Below, piece by piece: positions 62,410-64,000 of a stretch of DNA of 64,000 bases. The notes below the pieces were generated by a model. The model had not been told where the DNA came from and searched no databases. It saw only the letters and a list, made by a program, of their open reading frames with translations. The stretch is taken from contig JAHPZE010000008.1 in the NCBI GenBank assembly GCA_019058365.1, positions 1-64,000 on the forward strand, read 5' to 3'. Numbering within the stretch: position 1 is the first letter of the stretch; each line of letters starts with the position of its first letter. A program made the position numbers and the translations under genes. Origin of the DNA: Promethearchaeota archaeon (lineage in GTDB: Archaea; Asgardarchaeota; Lokiarchaeia; Sigyniarchaeales; SOKP01).

Positions 62410-62520
62410 AATAAAATTACCAATAAAAGTTTTTTAAAAAGATAAAATAGACTTGACTTTAATGTTTTTCTTTTCCAAAATATAAAATTATTAAGTATAC
62501 AAAACTTAACATATAATAGT

Positions 62521-62901
62521 ATGGAGAATCAACCCAACCTTGAGGAATTAAAACCTAAAATAAAACTAGGTATGAAATTTTGGTTGGAATTTGAGAATAA
62601 AAGTATATTGGGTTCTGGATGGGCGAAGTTGCTAAAAAATATTGAGAAAAATAAAGAAGGTTCATTATCTCACGCAGCAAAAGAGTGTAATTATTCTTAT
62701 AAATACGCGTGGAATATACTAAAAAGAATAGAAAAAAGAACAGGTAAAGCTATAGTGATAACGGGTAAAGGAGGTCGTGGTGGAGGTGGTTGGGTAAAAT
62801 TAACCGATTGGGGGCTATATCTCTTAGAAATTTATCAGAAGTATCTAAATGAAATAACAAAAATTGAAAAAAAACTTGGAGAGACAATGAAGATCAGCTA
62901 A
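62521..62901 (+). CDS. ModE-family HTH regulator (DNA-binding domain only)
   Basis: GSLSHAAKECNYSYKYAW, KGGRGGGG..LTDWG. Confidence 0.85.
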   Translation: MENQPNLEELKPKIKLGMKFWLEFENKSILGSGWAKLLKNIEKNKEGSLSHAAKECNYSYKYAWNILKRIEKRTGKAIVITGKGGRGGGGWVKLTDWGLYLLEIYQKYLNEITKIEKKLGETMKIS

Positions 62902-62992
62902 TAAATATATTTTAATTTCATTATTAATTTATTTCAATAAGGAGCTAAATAACTTAATCTTTTCAAAGAATTATGTAAAAAGGGGTTTTTAC

Positions 62993-63418
62993 ATGGAAGA
63001 CCGTTTAACGCAATTAAGTAAAATAAAAGTTTGCGATATTATGATCAAAGATCCACTTTTTACTTTTCCAAAAGAAAAAATCAGTACCACTGAACTTTTA
63101 ATGGTCAGGAAAAATATTGGTGGACTTCCTGTTGTGAAAGATCGTAAAGATAGACAACTTATTGGTATTATTACACAAAGAGATATACGTTTGGCTAGAT
63201 TTGCGATGAGTTTAGATTCACCGAATACAACTGTGAAGGATTTAATGACACCAGAACCTATTGTTGTAAAAGAAAATAACACATTAAAAGAGGTTTTAGA
63301 AATAATGTTCGATAATAATATTCAAAGACTTCCTGTTGTAGATGAAAAAAAAGAGCTAGTTGGCTTAGTTATACAAAATGGAATCTTAAAAACTCTTCTT
63401 GAATTTTTTCAAAAATAA
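62993..63418 (+). CDS. CBS-pair protein
   Basis: IGGLPVV...GIITQRD; VKDLMT...IQRLPVVD. Confidence 0.9.
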   Translation: MEDRLTQLSKIKVCDIMIKDPLFTFPKEKISTTELLMVRKNIGGLPVVKDRKDRQLIGIITQRDIRLARFAMSLDSPNTTVKDLMTPEPIVVKENNTLKEVLEIMFDNNIQRLPVVDEKKELVGLVIQNGILKTLLEFFQK

Positions 63419-63520
63419 TTAAAAGAATTCTTATTTATTAATTTTATAAAAAAATTATAAAAATCATTAATTTTAGATTATTAATAAGAAAAAGCAAATA
63501 AATTGCATTATTGATAGAAA

Positions 63521-64000
63521 ATGGCACTACCTTTTCCTGGCACACCAATTATAATTGATATTGGTTCAGCATATGTTAAAATAGGATTTTCGGGAGAGCC
63601 TGGACCAAGATTTGTTTTTCCTTGCATTACAGGAACTGAAAAATATAAATCTGTGATGGTTGATGTAAGTGCTAGAAGTATATATGTTGGAAATGATGTA
63701 TCTCGAATGCGTGGCGTTCTTAAAATAAAACACCCTATAGCAAGGGGGGAGATCATGGATTGGGAGAGTTTCTATGAAGTATTAAATTATATTTTTTATT
63801 CACTGCTTAGAATAGAGAATCTATCGGATTATCCTGTATTTTATTGTGAATCTCCTTTTATGCATAGAGATACTAAGGAGTATATTGCACGACTTTTCTT
63901 TGAAACTCATCAAGTTAAAAGTTTAGTTATGATGCCAACACCGTTATTGTCTATGTTTAGCGTTGGATTGACAACTGCGCTCGTAATTGAAAGTGGAGAT
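63521..64000 (+). CDS. Actin-family protein, 5' part (runs off the window end; absent from the ORF track)
   Basis: Hand translation: MALPFPGTPIIIDIGSAYVKIGFSGEPGPRFVFPCITG...IYVGND...LKIKHPIARGEIMDWE...LFFETHQV...GLTTALVIESGD; 160 open codons. Confidence 0.92.
   Translation, partial: MALPFPGTPIIIDIGSAYVKIGFSGEPGPRFVFPCITGTEKYKSVMVDVSARSIYVGNDVSRMRGVLKIKHPIARGEIMDWESFYEVLNYIFYSLLRIENLSDYPVFYCESPFMHRDTKEYIARLFFETHQVKSLVMMPTPLLSMFSVGLTTALVIESGD

Noticed and set aside
1264-63282. Many 60-130 aa ORFs overlapping long genes (e.g. 1316-1594, 5681-5977, 31743-32018, 43471-43857, 62989-63282)
   Set aside because: Antisense or off-frame shadows of well-supported CDSs with no motifs of their own
63508-63756. 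82-aa minus-strand ORF in the track
   Set aside because: Antisense shadow of the actin-family gene
1-64000. Selenoprotein or TGA read-through and SECIS elements
   Set aside because: TGA-ending ORFs finish at family-typical C-termini and none is a known selenoprotein family; no convincing SECIS seen

Overview
Very AT-rich (roughly 30% GC by eye), densely coding archaeal chromosomal segment, almost certainly from an Asgard archaeon (Lokiarchaeia-like). The assignment rests on archaeal RadA, TATA-box promoters, an actin-family gene cut by the right edge and missing from the ORF track, a Rab-like GTPase, two LRR proteins, a longin-like domain, an Rpn11/CSN5-like JAMM protein and PCI/winged-helix proteins. 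Ordinary metabolism includes hutU-hutH-hutI plus a formimidoyltransferase, a glycosylation cluster, an acyl-CoA synthetase beta subunit, a Ca2+-type P-ATPase, comDE, GGT, guaB and purH. I saw no rRNA, tRNA, CRISPR array, transposase or integrase. Best candidates for undescribed biology: (1) a JAMM-TPR / twin-C2HC-zinc-finger / PCI-like neighbourhood (29.7-33.9 kb) resembling a minimal proteasome-lid/COP9-like module; (2) a 2265-aa single-pass surface protein with a cytoplasmic longin-like + wHTH + helical tail; (3) a HEAT + tandem-winged-helix protein resembling the UFM1 ligase UFL1; (4) RadA with an N-terminal zinc-finger/acidic extension; (5) a 53-bp direct repeat linking the 3' ends of comE and an orphan solute-binding-protein gene; (6) three TTCATGAA palindromes in a wHTH/ABC-exporter locus. 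All domain calls come from motif recognition by eye; no searches were run.
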